Assembly (NCBI GenBank): GCA_052279835.1
Contig: CP181291.1
Location: 3,872,001-3,936,000, forward strand
Source: Microcoleus sp.
GTDB lineage: Bacteria > Cyanobacteriota > Cyanobacteriia > Cyanobacteriales > Microcoleaceae
Direction of reading: 5' to 3'
DNA length: 64,000 nucleotides
Shown: positions 40,004 to 50,569 of the stretch, in pieces
Layout of the letters: each line of letters begins with the position of its first letter
How positions within the stretch are numbered: the first letter of the stretch is position 1
The notes under the pieces: model-generated
Told to the model about the DNA's origin: nothing
What the model saw: the letters and a program-made list of their open reading frames with translations, nothing else
The model's database searches: none
Made by a program: the position numbers and the translations under genes

Positions 40004-41167
40004 ATGATTCACTCTAGCGAACTCGAAAATAACCCCGACGCAATTTACGCCCAACCAAATCGCACTTACGATCGCACCCGCCGTCGGGGAAAGCACAAAA
40101 TCTTTATCGGGATGGCCCCCGGTGTTGGCAAAACTTTCCGAATGCTAGAAGAAGGACACACAATCAAATCAGAAGGCATTGATGTAGTTGTAGGATTGTT
40201 AGAAACTCACGGCAGAAAAGAGACAGCAGCCAAAGGTGACGGACTGGAAATAGTGCCACGGAAAAAAATGCTGCGCGGCGAAATAACTCTGACTGAAATG
40301 GATACAGAAGCTGTCATCGCGCGCCACCCTCAATTAGCATTAATCGACGAACTGGCTCATACAAATATTCCCGGTTCTCTCAGAGAAAAGCGGTATCAAG
40401 ATGTTGAAGAAATTCTGAATGCTGGCATTGATGTTTACTCAACTCTCAACATTCAGCACATAGAAAGTCTCAACGATTTAGTAGCGCGAATTACCGGAGT
40501 TGTCGTGCGAGAACGAGTACCCGATCGCATCCTGGAAGAAGCTGACGAAATACTCGTTGTTGATGTGACACCAGAAACCTTAGAAGAAAGGTTACTAGAA
40601 GGTAAAATCTATGCTCCCGAAAAAATTGAACAATCTTTAAAAAACTTTTTTCAGCGTCGTCATTTAATTGCATTACGAGAACTAGCATTACGAGAAGTCG
40701 CAGACAACGTTGAAGAGGAGGCAGCAACTTTAAAAGGTCAATCTTGTAACATTCACGAGCGAGTTTTAGTATGCGTTTCCACTTATCCAAATTCTTTGCA
40801 ACTTCTCCGACGGGGTGGGAGAATTTCTAGCTACATGAATGCGCCATTTTATGCTTTATTTGTGGAGAACCCCGATCGCTTTTTAACAAAAGCCGAAAGC
40901 TTACACATTGAAACGTGCCAGAAACTTTGCCAAGAATTTAACGGACAATTCCTGCGGGTGCAGAGTCAGAATATAGCCAAAGCAATTTCTGATGTAGCTA
41001 GACAGTATCGCATTACTCAAATTGTGATTGGTGAAAGCCAGCAATCCCGCTGGAAGTTGTTGTTGCGGGGTTCTTTGACTCAGCAATTAGTGCGATCGCT
41101 CAAACACGTAGATTTACACATCATCGCTACTGAGAAAAGTCATTCGTCATTAGTCAGTAGTCATTAG
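40004..41167 (+). CDS. kdpD: Short KdpD (N-terminal KdpD domain plus Usp; no TM or kinase domain)
   Basis: GMAPGVGKT, ETHGR, DELAHTN, NIQHIESLND; C-terminal Usp (IVIGES). Confidence 0.9.
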   Translation: MIHSSELENNPDAIYAQPNRTYDRTRRRGKHKIFIGMAPGVGKTFRMLEEGHTIKSEGIDVVVGLLETHGRKETAAKGDGLEIVPRKKMLRGEITLTEMDTEAVIARHPQLALIDELAHTNIPGSLREKRYQDVEEILNAGIDVYSTLNIQHIESLNDLVARITGVVVRERVPDRILEEADEILVVDVTPETLEERLLEGKIYAPEKIEQSLKNFFQRRHLIALRELALREVADNVEEEAATLKGQSCNIHERVLVCVSTYPNSLQLLRRGGRISSYMNAPFYALFVENPDRFLTKAESLHIETCQKLCQEFNGQFLRVQSQNIAKAISDVARQYRITQIVIGESQQSRWKLLLRGSLTQQLVRSLKHVDLHIIATEKSHSSLVSSH

Positions 41168-41300
41168 TCAGTAGTCATTAGTCATTAGTCAGTAGTCATT
41201 CGTCATTAGTCAGTAGTCATTAGTCAGTAGTCATTCGTCATTAGTCAGTAGTCATTAGTCATTAGTCAGTTGTTACAAGTAACAAATAACAAATAACAAA
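41147..41300. repeat. STRR heptamer array (TCATTAG/TCAGTAG; AACAAAT)
   Basis: Directly visible; overlaps the kdpD 3' end. Confidence 0.85.
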
Positions 41301-41407
41301 TAGATATAACTTTCGGAGGATAGCAGACTCTAGCTTTCGGCGGATGTACCAGAAGCTTTGATCTGTCACGATCGCAGTTGTCACGCCTGATTAAAAGTGC
41401 GATCGCT

Positions 41408-42646
41408 ATGGTGGATAATTACATTCTCAACTTGCTAGTTATTGGCATCCTCCTGCTGATTGTCACATTAGGTTCAGGATGGATTTCCCGATTGCCACTG
41501 TCTTATGCCTTAATTTACCTGTTAGTGGGCATCGGATTAGGTCCCTACGGTGTCAAACTGATTGAATTGCGCCCTGATGCTCAATTTTTAGAAAGACTCA
41601 CAGAATTTGTAGTGATTGTTTCTCTCTTCAGTTGCGGCCTAAAAATGAACCGCCCCCTGCAACTTTGGGCTTGGAATTCCACAGCGCGCCTGATCGGTTT
41701 TTTAATGCCTATTTCGATTTTTAGTATAGCAGCAGTTGGTCACTTCTTTTTGAATTTAGATTGGGGGGTGGCGATTTTATTAGGAGCAATTCTCGCTCCC
41801 ACCGATCCAGTTTTAGCCTCCGAAGTTCAGTTAGCACATTTAGACGATCGAGATGAATTGCGCTTTGGTTTAACCTCAGAAGGTGGCTTAAACGATGCTC
41901 TCTCTTTTCCCTTTGTTTATTTCGGAATTTATTCCCTAAAAGATGGTAATTGGCCGAACTGGTTTTCGCAGTGGGTAGTAATTGATATAATCTGGGCAGT
42001 TGCCGCTGGAATTGTCATGGGCATTTTAGTAGCTAAAGCTGTCACCTGGATCGATAAAAGATTGCAACGCTACAGACCAGCCGATGAATTAATGGAAGAT
42101 TTCATCGCCCTGAGTACAATTTTACTCACTTATTCTCTAACCGAAGTAGTCAACGGCTACGGGTTTCTGGCAGTTTTTGTATCAGGAATTGTAGTGCAGC
42201 GCAGTTACCGCGACCCAGAAAAACCCCTTTCCCAATTGCGATTTACCGAGCGCATTGAAAAGTTAATGGAAGTAGCCACTATTTTACTTTTAGGTTCTTT
42301 GTTGCGCCTAAAACCGATGTGGGCTTTTGCAGCAGATTCGCTGCTAGTGGCGGGATTGTTATTTTTCTTGATTCGCCCATTGGGAGCGTGGATCAGTACG
42401 ATTGGCAGTCCTTTGCACCCCGCCAGTCGCTGGCTGTGCGGTTGGTTTGGCATTCGCGGTGTCGGTTCTATCTATTATCTTACCTATGCTTTTGGCAAAG
42501 GTTTAAAAGGCGAACTCGGAGAACAAATTGCCTGGATTACTTTTTCAACGATCGTGATTTCTGTGATTTTGCACGGCATTAGTTCTACGCCGTTAATGAA
42601 TTGGTACGAGCGACGAATTAAACCTCAAGTACCGGATCTAATTTAA
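41408..42646 (+). CDS. Cation:proton antiporter (CPA1/NhaP-like)
   Basis: LAPTDPVLA, SEGGLND, WFGIRGVGS; multiple TM segments; ATG at 41408 preferred. Confidence 0.88.
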   Translation: MVDNYILNLLVIGILLLIVTLGSGWISRLPLSYALIYLLVGIGLGPYGVKLIELRPDAQFLERLTEFVVIVSLFSCGLKMNRPLQLWAWNSTARLIGFLMPISIFSIAAVGHFFLNLDWGVAILLGAILAPTDPVLASEVQLAHLDDRDELRFGLTSEGGLNDALSFPFVYFGIYSLKDGNWPNWFSQWVVIDIIWAVAAGIVMGILVAKAVTWIDKRLQRYRPADELMEDFIALSTILLTYSLTEVVNGYGFLAVFVSGIVVQRSYRDPEKPLSQLRFTERIEKLMEVATILLLGSLLRLKPMWAFAADSLLVAGLLFFLIRPLGAWISTIGSPLHPASRWLCGWFGIRGVGSIYYLTYAFGKGLKGELGEQIAWITFSTIVISVILHGISSTPLMNWYERRIKPQVPDLI

Positions 42647-42700
42647 TTCATAGAAATCTCAATTGTTGATGGCCCAAACCCATCAAATCCCATCAAACAG

Positions 42701-42805
42701 ATATAGCATTTCTCAGATAGATGAGGTATATAATAACTCTTGAAAGTCCCCATAGTCAAGGAATCTTGTGCACCTCATCTTTTTATTTTGAAAAAAGGTT
42801 ATATC
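42701..42805. repeat. MITE-like element (TATAGC...GATGAGGT / ACCTCATC...GTTATA)
   Basis: Imperfect terminal inverted repeats. Confidence 0.5.
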
Positions 42806-42905
42806 TTAAATAAATCTTTGTTAAACAAATGCAAGATTAGGGGTTAAGGCAGTAAGCTGGTGGTTAAACTATAGAAGAGACAATTACCACATATATTAGT
42901 AAGTC

Positions 42906-43136
42906 ATGAACACACAACAAGCTACTGGATATCTTTTATGCATTATTGGTCTCTTGGGATTAATTGCAACGTTTTTGCTTACATTGATGTTTATGTTTGT
43001 TTCTGGTTTTTGCGGTACAGCCCCGCATGGTTGCGATCAAACTCACGCAGATTTTTGGAATTTTTTATTAGGGGCATTAAATTGTTCCATATTGTTTATA
43101 CTTATGATCGTAAGTGGTAAACAGCTTATGAAATAA
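42906..43136 (+). CDS. Small two-TM membrane protein
   Basis: Two hydrophobic segments flanking a CGTAPHGC loop. Confidence 0.55.
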   Translation: MNTQQATGYLLCIIGLLGLIATFLLTLMFMFVSGFCGTAPHGCDQTHADFWNFLLGALNCSILFILMIVSGKQLMK

Positions 43137-43444
43137 CGCCCATAATAGTCTAGCGATCAGATAAATGCTGCATCAAATCTTCCCGATAGTAGCCGGAAAA
43201 CGCGCTTATTTTTGTGATATTATATCATTTAATGGCAGATTAAAAAATATGTTAAATTTTGCTTTATACTGTACACTTGGATCGGCGATCGACAGCTTTT
43301 CTCTGAGATTTTCAGGGAAACGGCACTGCCGTTTCCTTAGCCATATCTGTGGCGAGGATCGACTTTGATTGACAGCTTGTCTGTGAGATTTGAGGGACAC
43401 GGCAGTGCCCTGTCGTTACCTAAATCGGCGAATCACGAAATGCT

Positions 43445-44080
43445 CTAAACAGGTTTCACCCCAACTAATAAAGCCAGTTCCAGCCACTTCCAATAACAGT
43501 CTGCATCGTCAAAACCAATTTCTCTCAACCAGCGCAGTTGCGTTTCCACATCCAGCAATTTATTAGATGGATCGTCTGGCGAATCGCTAATACCCAGCGC
43601 TTCTCGAAATTTATGGTGTAAAGCCTCTGTTGCCGACGCTACGTGTTCCAAATTGCAAAAAATGCCTCCGGGTTCCAAAAGCTCGAAAATCTCGGTATAA
43701 AGGGAACGTTTGCGATCGTCCTCTACGTGGTGAATTGCAAAACTAGAAACAACCGCATCAAATTTGCCTAAATCCGGCAGAGAATCATCAAGGTTATGTT
43801 CAATTACTGTGACAGTGCGATCGTCAGCAAACCGAGTTCTGACTTTTGCCAACATTGTAGCCGAAAAGTCGATCGCCACACATTCAACATCCGGGCGATC
43901 GCACTTAAGCAAACCCAACAACCGCCCATCACCCGTACCAATATCCAGAATCCGCCGTACATTTTGCGGAACCTCCCCCAAAAGTACAGCTTCACCTTCC
44001 GTGCGGTGGGGGATACTATCAGCTTTAGCAAGATACCACAAAGCGTGTTCCGCAGAACTCCAAAGATTGACTTGACTCAT
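43445..44080 (-). CDS. Class I SAM-dependent methyltransferase
   Basis: ILDIGTGDG, FDAVVSSFAIHH, LEPGG. Confidence 0.9.
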   Translation of the reverse strand: MSQVNLWSSAEHALWYLAKADSIPHRTEGEAVLLGEVPQNVRRILDIGTGDGRLLGLLKCDRPDVECVAIDFSATMLAKVRTRFADDRTVTVIEHNLDDSLPDLGKFDAVVSSFAIHHVEDDRKRSLYTEIFELLEPGGIFCNLEHVASATEALHHKFREALGISDSPDDPSNKLLDVETQLRWLREIGFDDADCYWKWLELALLVGVKPV

Positions 44081-44086
44081 TACTTT

Positions 44087-44548
44087 TTAATCCTCATAAA
44101 CTTCGCCATTTTTGCGCGTAAAAATCCAACCATTCCCACTAGCTTGTGCGATTAAGTCATCATCAGGATAATGAGCCGAATCACCAGAAGTGCGATCGCC
44201 AATTTCCAGATAAACAACCTCAGAATTACTGCGATTCACTAAATGATGCCCATCAGCATTCCCAGCCGGAAAACCCGCAGCCATACCCGGTTTTAGCACT
44301 TGCTCCCCCGCATTAGTCACCAAAGAAACATCCCCTTCCAGAACATAGATTAACTCATCTTGACAACTATGCCAATGTCTGAGAGCAGAACAACTACCCG
44401 GTGCAAGCCGCACTAAATTCACCCCAAAATTTTTCAATCCGGCAGCATTACCCAAGCGCTTTTTCACCCTGCCCGCCACCACTGGTTTAAATTGCTGAGG
44501 ATAATTAGAAGTCGTAATTTCCGCCACATCTTCAGGATTAACAATCAT
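44087..44548 (-). CDS. Cupin domain protein
   Basis: GVNLVRLAPG..SALRHWH...DE..YVLEG, GHHLVN. Confidence 0.9.
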   Translation of the reverse strand: MIVNPEDVAEITTSNYPQQFKPVVAGRVKKRLGNAAGLKNFGVNLVRLAPGSCSALRHWHSCQDELIYVLEGDVSLVTNAGEQVLKPGMAAGFPAGNADGHHLVNRSNSEVVYLEIGDRTSGDSAHYPDDDLIAQASGNGWIFTRKNGEVYED

Positions 44549-44825
44549 AAAAACCTCCTGCTATAAATTATCAATTATCTCCTTGTTAGTTAGCAACAGG
44601 TGTAGCCAAGGCAAAATTAGCCCATCCCCCCACCATCGCCGCCACCGTGAGAAAAACAATTTTAATTTCTGTTTTCATAATTACAAAACACGCATTAATT
44701 CGAGATTAATCCATTTTATACCACTTGCCAGAACCCCACCACTGTGGTATCCTACCTCCGACAGTTCCCCCAACCCATTAAGAATGTGTTATAAATATTG
44801 AGATTCATTAAGAAATATTGCTCAA

Positions 44826-46277
44826 ATGCTCGTTTCCTCCTCCGGTGTCAGCAAACTCAAAGAATATTTAAAAGAAAAAGTATTCTTTGGGAATGAGCCA
44901 ACCCCCGAACTCATAGCCATCTTACTGATTTACTTCGTCCAAGGTATCCTCGGACTAGCCCGCTTAGCCGTCAGCTTCTTCCTCAAAGACGAACTCGGCA
45001 TGAGCCCCGCCGAAGTCTCAGCCATGCTGGGCGTCGTCGCCCTACCTTGGATGATCAAACCCCTATTCGGCTTCATGTCCGACGGGTTGCCGATATTTGG
45101 CTACCGCAGACGGCCTTACATAGTCCTTTCCGGGCTGTTGGGAATGTCAGCATGGGTGGCCCTAGCCACAATAGTACACACACCCTTGGCCGCTACAGGG
45201 GCGATCGCCCTAAGTTCCCTGTCCCTCGCCGTCAGCGACGTCATCGCAGACTCCCTAGTAGTCGAAAGAGCCCGAAAAGAATCCCTTACCGACGCCGGTT
45301 CCCTGCAATCCCTTTCCTGGGGCGCATCAGCCCTCGGCGGACTAATTACCGCCTACCTCAGCGGTTCCCTACTCCAACAATTCTCCACCCACACCATATT
45401 TTTAATCACCGCCTCTTTCCCGCTCATTGTCTCAGCAACAGCCTGGTTAATTAGCGAAGAAAAAGTCAACAAAAGAACCGACTTTGAAACAGTAAAAAAT
45501 CAATTCAAACAACTCCGACAAGCTGTGAGCCAAAAAACAATTTGGTTGCCCACCGCCTTTCTTTTCCTGTGGCAAGCAACCCCAAGTTCCGACTCCGCCT
45601 TCTTCTTTTTCACCACCAACGAATTAGGCTTCCAACCAGAATTTCTCGGCCGCGTGCGCCTAGTTACCAGTCTGGCGGCTCTTGTCGGTATCTGGCTGTT
45701 TCAGCGCTTCCTCAAAACAATTCCATTTCGAGTAATTTTCGGCTGGTCAACAGTAATTGCCACAGTCTTGGGATTGACAAGTTTAATATTAGTAACTCAC
45801 GCCAACCGAGCTTTAGGAATAGACGACCAGTGGTTCAGCATCGGAGATAGCCTCATCTTAACAGTAATCGGGCAAATTGCTTATATGCCAGTGCTGGTAT
45901 TGTGCGCGCGATTGTGTCCCCCCGGCGTAGAAGCAACTTTATTTGCGCTGCTGATGTCCATCACCAATTTAGCCGGACTTTTGTCCTACGAAGGTGGTGC
46001 AGTTTTGACTCACTGGTTAGGAATTACCGATCGCAATTTCGACAATCTCTGGCTGCTAGTCCTCATCACCAACCTGTCCACACTTCTACCGCTACCATTC
46101 CTAAGTTGGCTACCCGCTGAAAACACAGAAATTGGCCCAAACAATCAAAACACACTGCCATTATTAGAAGCGGAAATGGGAAGCACCAAACCAACAGGAC
46201 AACATTTCATGCCTGAATATTTTCCCGACTTAGTACCAACAGTAATCTCAGAAAGCCGAACCGCAGATAGCAAATGA
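44826..46277 (+). CDS. Folate/biopterin (BT1/FBT) MFS transporter
   Basis: YFVQG, LPWMIKPLFG..SD..PIFGYRRRPY, CPPGVEATLFALLMS. Confidence 0.92.
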   Translation: MLVSSSGVSKLKEYLKEKVFFGNEPTPELIAILLIYFVQGILGLARLAVSFFLKDELGMSPAEVSAMLGVVALPWMIKPLFGFMSDGLPIFGYRRRPYIVLSGLLGMSAWVALATIVHTPLAATGAIALSSLSLAVSDVIADSLVVERARKESLTDAGSLQSLSWGASALGGLITAYLSGSLLQQFSTHTIFLITASFPLIVSATAWLISEEKVNKRTDFETVKNQFKQLRQAVSQKTIWLPTAFLFLWQATPSSDSAFFFFTTNELGFQPEFLGRVRLVTSLAALVGIWLFQRFLKTIPFRVIFGWSTVIATVLGLTSLILVTHANRALGIDDQWFSIGDSLILTVIGQIAYMPVLVLCARLCPPGVEATLFALLMSITNLAGLLSYEGGAVLTHWLGITDRNFDNLWLLVLITNLSTLLPLPFLSWLPAENTEIGPNNQNTLPLLEAEMGSTKPTGQHFMPEYFPDLVPTVISESRTADSK

Positions 46278-46433
46278 AGGAAGAAGGAAGAAGTCACCCC
46301 CCAAGGAGGAGGGCGGTTTCATTCTCAAGAAAATAATGATTGTGTAGGGGTAGTGGATGGTGCGTGCCTACCCCCATCACTCTCCCACTCTCTGTGGCCT
46401 CTGTGGTTAAATCAATAAAAGCTTATTCTACCA

Positions 46434-47921
46434 ATGCAAAACCTAAAAACTTCCCAACTAAAAACAACAGCCAAAACCTCATCATACGATCGCACCGACT
46501 GGCAACGAGGCTACGAATCCCAGCGCAACGAATCCGACTACTGGATAGACGAAATAGAAGGTGAAATCCCCCCCGACTTACAAGGCACATTCTTTCGCAA
46601 CGGGCCTGGTTTGCTAGATATCAACGGCGAACAAATTCACCACCCCTTTGATGGCGATGGGATGATTTGTGCGATCGCAATTTCCGACGGGCGCGCCTAC
46701 TTCCGCAACAGATTCATCCACACCGAAGGCTATCTAGCAGAAAAAACCGCCGGAAAAATCCTCCATCGAGGCGTTTTCGGCACCCAGAAACCAGGAGGTT
46801 GGCTCAGTAATATATTTGACCTCAAAATCAAAAACATTGCCAACACCAACATCATTTATTGGGGAGACAAACTATTAGCACTTTGGGAAGCAGCAGCACC
46901 CTACAGACTAGACCCTTCCACCTTAGAAACCATCGGCTTAGATACCCTAGACGGCATCTTGCAGCCCGGTGAAGCATTCGCCGCTCACCCCAGAATTGAA
47001 AAAGGCAAAAATGGAGCCGGAGACAGACTCATAAACTTTTCTGTCAAACCAGGTTTGTCTAGCGTAATTACAATTTACGAACTCGAAGAAAGTGGCAAAC
47101 TATTGCAAAAACACGCCCATGCAATACCCGGTTTTGCCTTCCTACACGACATGGTAATTACCCCCAATTACTGCATATTTTTCCAAAATCCCGTCAGCTT
47201 CAACCCTATACCTTTCGTGTTAGGAATGCGGAGTGCGGCCCAGTGCATTCAATTTTCACCCAACAAGCCCACGCAAGCAATTTTAATTCCGCGCAACGGC
47301 ACCGATAAAGTGAAAATATTAGAAACAGAACCATGTTTTGTTTTCCACCACTGCAACGCCTGGGAAGAAGACGGCGAAGTCTTTGTAGATTCAGTATGCT
47401 ACGAATCATTCCCCAACGTCGAGCCAGATGGCGATTTTCGCGAGATAGATTTCGATAGCATTCCCGCCGGGGAATTGTGGCGGTTCAAGCTGAATTTACA
47501 AGCGGAAACAGTGGAGCATCAAGTAGTTGAAACTCGATGCTGCGAATTTCCAACTTTACATCCAAATAATGTCGGACAGCCTTACCGATATCTTTACATT
47601 GGTGCCGCCGATGCTCCCACCGGCAATGCTCCTCTGCAAGCCATTCTCAAATTTGATTTCCTAACAGGAGAAAGGCAACTTTGGAGTGCGGCACCGCGCG
47701 GTTTTGCTGGGGAACCAGTGTTTGTGGCGCGTCCCGATGCTGTTGCTGAGGATGATGGCTGGCTGCTGGTTTTGATGTACGATGCTGCTAATCATCGATC
47801 GACCTTAGTAATTTTAGATGCTAGGGATATCGCGAAAGGGCCTGTGGCGCAGTTGCATTTAAAATATCATATTCCCTACGGTTTGCATGGAAGTTTCACA
47901 TCAAATGTATTTCTTCCTTAA
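46434..47921 (+). CDS. Carotenoid oxygenase (RPE65/CCD family)
   Basis: RNGPG, HPFDGDG, AHP, LHD, FHH, EPVFV, EDDGW, GLHG. Confidence 0.93.
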   Translation: MQNLKTSQLKTTAKTSSYDRTDWQRGYESQRNESDYWIDEIEGEIPPDLQGTFFRNGPGLLDINGEQIHHPFDGDGMICAIAISDGRAYFRNRFIHTEGYLAEKTAGKILHRGVFGTQKPGGWLSNIFDLKIKNIANTNIIYWGDKLLALWEAAAPYRLDPSTLETIGLDTLDGILQPGEAFAAHPRIEKGKNGAGDRLINFSVKPGLSSVITIYELEESGKLLQKHAHAIPGFAFLHDMVITPNYCIFFQNPVSFNPIPFVLGMRSAAQCIQFSPNKPTQAILIPRNGTDKVKILETEPCFVFHHCNAWEEDGEVFVDSVCYESFPNVEPDGDFREIDFDSIPAGELWRFKLNLQAETVEHQVVETRCCEFPTLHPNNVGQPYRYLYIGAADAPTGNAPLQAILKFDFLTGERQLWSAAPRGFAGEPVFVARPDAVAEDDGWLLVLMYDAANHRSTLVILDARDIAKGPVAQLHLKYHIPYGLHGSFTSNVFLP

Positions 47922-48156
47922 ACCATAGGTTAGCAGTCCGCTGGAATCTCAAGGAAAAGTGCGATGTCTGAACAAGACATCGCTAATATTATTACGATCC
48001 AACCAGGTAAAAAATCCGGTTTCTGATATAAAATCCTATCTTCATCGTCCTGTATTAAACTCACTCTTCTCTTCCTCTTTCCCCCCTTGGGGGGGGCAGG
48101 GGGGGGTCGTCCTTAGCGCCTTCGCGGTTAAATCATTCCGAATTATTATCTAATTC

Positions 48157-49056
48157 ATGCAAATTGTCAACCACAATAACCTCAAAAAAATACTTATTTT
48201 AATTTGCAATCTCATCCTAATTTTTGCAATTACTTTATCTATTTACTCTCCCGTAGCTCATGCTCAAGAACCTTACACCCCAAATCCAGAAAGCTCTGCG
48301 CCTCCCAAAGGCTTAGTAGAGGTGACAATGACTGCGATCGGAGTCGATCCCGTAAAAAACGAATTAGAAACACGCTTAGAATTTGAACTAAAAGGCATTT
48401 ACAAAAAAGGGCCTACCTATCCAGCTCAAGATTTGTTAATGACAGTTAACGGTGCAAATATAGAAGATTCAGAGATTACTTTCAAAGCAGGTAAACCGAT
48501 GATTTTTCCTGCTTTAAAGTTCAATTTAGTCAAGGGTAAAATTAACAATTATCCCTTTGACAGGCACATTGCTAAAGTAGCTATTTCCATCGATCCGCTG
48601 CCTTCGATTCGGAAAAAATTTGCCCCTTTTGAACTCAACCCCGTACCGCTGCTATTTAAGTTCAATGCCGATGTTCCAGGTTTTGACATCACTTACAAGC
48701 CTCTGGAAGAAAATTCATCTATCTTTATTTATATCGATGTTCGCATAACTCGATCGCTCCCGGTAAAATTTTTTGCTTTAACCATTATCGTGATTATGTG
48801 GGTGCTATCAACTATGGCACTGCTGCTAGCATTGAAAGTGATGAAATCGGGTAAGTTACCGGAAATTGGAATGTTGAGTTGGACTGCTGTGATGCTGTTT
48901 GCTTTTCCGGCTATTCGTAACGCTCAGCCGGGAGTGCCTCCTGTGGGAACAGCAAGTGATTTCTTATCATTTTTTTGGACGGAAATTATTGTAGTCGTGG
49001 CTTTGGTGATTATTGGTAGTTGTTGGTTGAAACGGTATCATCCACGAATTGAATAA
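48157..49056 (+). CDS. DUF4436-like membrane protein
   Basis: YPFDRH; LFAFPAIRNAQPGVPPVG..SDFLSFFW.E. Confidence 0.75.
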   Translation: MQIVNHNNLKKILILICNLILIFAITLSIYSPVAHAQEPYTPNPESSAPPKGLVEVTMTAIGVDPVKNELETRLEFELKGIYKKGPTYPAQDLLMTVNGANIEDSEITFKAGKPMIFPALKFNLVKGKINNYPFDRHIAKVAISIDPLPSIRKKFAPFELNPVPLLFKFNADVPGFDITYKPLEENSSIFIYIDVRITRSLPVKFFALTIIVIMWVLSTMALLLALKVMKSGKLPEIGMLSWTAVMLFAFPAIRNAQPGVPPVGTASDFLSFFWTEIIVVVALVIIGSCWLKRYHPRIE

Positions 49057-49059
49057 TCG

Positions 49060-49345
49060 AGGAAGAAGGAAGAAGTCACCCCCCCCCTGCCCCCCCCAAG
49101 GGGGGAAATTCAGGAAGAAGGAAGAAGTCACCCCCCCCTGCCCCCCAAGGGGGGAAATTCAGGAAGAAGGAAGAAGTCACCCCCCCCTGCCCCCCCCAAG
49201 GGGGGAAATTCAGGAAGAAGGAAGAAGTCACCCCCCCCTGCCCCCCAAGGGGGGAAATTCAGGAAGAAGGAAGAAGTTGGGGGGGGCGGGTTTATGAGAT
49301 TATGGGTTTTAGGCAATTATTGTTGGTAAAACCCGCCCCTACCAA
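49060..49345. repeat. About 50-bp tandem repeat x4 (GAAGAAGGAAGAAGTCACCCCCCCTGCCCCCCCAAGGGGGGAAATTCAG) plus a REP-like element
   Basis: Directly visible. Confidence 0.85.
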
Positions 49346-49379
49346 ACTTATGTTTACTCAGGCACAGACTCTCGGCAAT

Positions 49380-50234
49380 TCAATTCTTGATTTCCAAATT
49401 TTCAATATCTTTCGTTGGTATTCCCAAGCCTCGCAAAATACTAAAAGCCATGATTCGATACCCGGATGGATTCGGGTGCACTCCGTCTGCTGCTAACAAA
49501 TTTAGAGTTTTGCCAGCGTGTCTTTGAAAAGTGCCGATCACTTCCCGAAAAGGTTTATTTAAATCAATAAATAAGCATTGATTCTGTAAAGCAATTTCTC
49601 GCATGGCGAGAATATATTCTTGTAAACGCTGGTTTTCTGGACCATCGAGAACTTCACGGATGGGAGTAGGAGAAAGTAGGGCCACTCGAATTCCTGCTGC
49701 TTTGGAAGCTTCCACCATTTGTGTGAGTTTCTGTTTGTATTCTGCTAATCCTACTCCGGTGGATAAGTTTCCTTGGGGATGAAATTGACGGTTTTGGAAG
49801 TCAAAGAATGCGTGCCAAACGTCGTTGACTCCAACGTTAATCATGACTAAATCGGGTTTTTTGTCAATGACATCTTGCTGGAAACGTGCTTGCATATCTG
49901 TGGCTTTGTTCCCGGAGATGCCGACGTTGATGATTTCGATCGCGCGATCGGGATACAGACCATTTAGATAGCGTTGCAGTAGCCAAACGTAACCTCCGGG
50001 GTATTTGCCGGCTTCTGTGATGCTGTCGCCAATGGTGACAATTCTGCGTTTGCCGGCGAGGATGTTCTCGATTTCTGGCGGTAGACTAGCTATTGATGGG
50101 GATTCTGGAAACATGGGAATTAAGGAGTGAGGAATGTTGATAAAAATCAAAGCAGCAATGACTGCGGTGGCAAATCTGATGACTATTTGCTTTAATGGAT
50201 ATTTGGGGCGTGGCGATCGCACTTTGGGAGACAT
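49380..50234 (-). CDS. SGNH/GDSL hydrolase
   Basis: GDSIT, GISG, GVND, DGVHP. Confidence 0.92.
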   Translation of the reverse strand: MSPKVRSPRPKYPLKQIVIRFATAVIAALIFINIPHSLIPMFPESPSIASLPPEIENILAGKRRIVTIGDSITEAGKYPGGYVWLLQRYLNGLYPDRAIEIINVGISGNKATDMQARFQQDVIDKKPDLVMINVGVNDVWHAFFDFQNRQFHPQGNLSTGVGLAEYKQKLTQMVEASKAAGIRVALLSPTPIREVLDGPENQRLQEYILAMREIALQNQCLFIDLNKPFREVIGTFQRHAGKTLNLLAADGVHPNPSGYRIMAFSILRGLGIPTKDIENLEIKN

Positions 50235-50272
50235 TACGCAGTTTGTATTAAATTCATGCTTGAGGAAATTGT

Positions 50273-50569
50273 ATGATGAAACTACAACAGTTATTACAGT
50301 CCAAGCGCGAGGATATTCTGGCGGTGGCGCTGCGACATGGGGCGTTTAATGTGCGGGTGTTTGGTTCGGTGGCGCGGGGTGAGGAGACTGAGAGTAGTGA
50401 TATTGACCTGTTGGTGGATTATGATTTACAGAAAATTTCGCCTTGGTTTCCTGTGCGGTTAATTCGAGATTTGGAGGATTTATTAAGTCGGAAGGTGGAT
50501 GTGGTGACGGAGAAGGGGCTAAAGGATCGAATTCGCGATCGGGTTTTGCAGGATTGTATTTTGTTATGA
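50273..50569 (+). CDS. MNT-family nucleotidyltransferase antitoxin
   Basis: VFGSVARGE...SDIDLLV, VDVV. Confidence 0.9.
   Translation: MMKLQQLLQSKREDILAVALRHGAFNVRVFGSVARGEETESSDIDLLVDYDLQKISPWFPVRLIRDLEDLLSRKVDVVTEKGLKDRIRDRVLQDCILL

Noticed and set aside
40004..41167. kdpD as a truncated pseudogene
   Set aside because: Intact ORF ending after the Usp domain; short KdpD is a known cyanobacterial form
50443..50565. 5' extension of the HEPN ORF in the ORF track
   Set aside because: It overlaps the MNT gene; the start is better placed at ATG 50566 (ATGA coupling)
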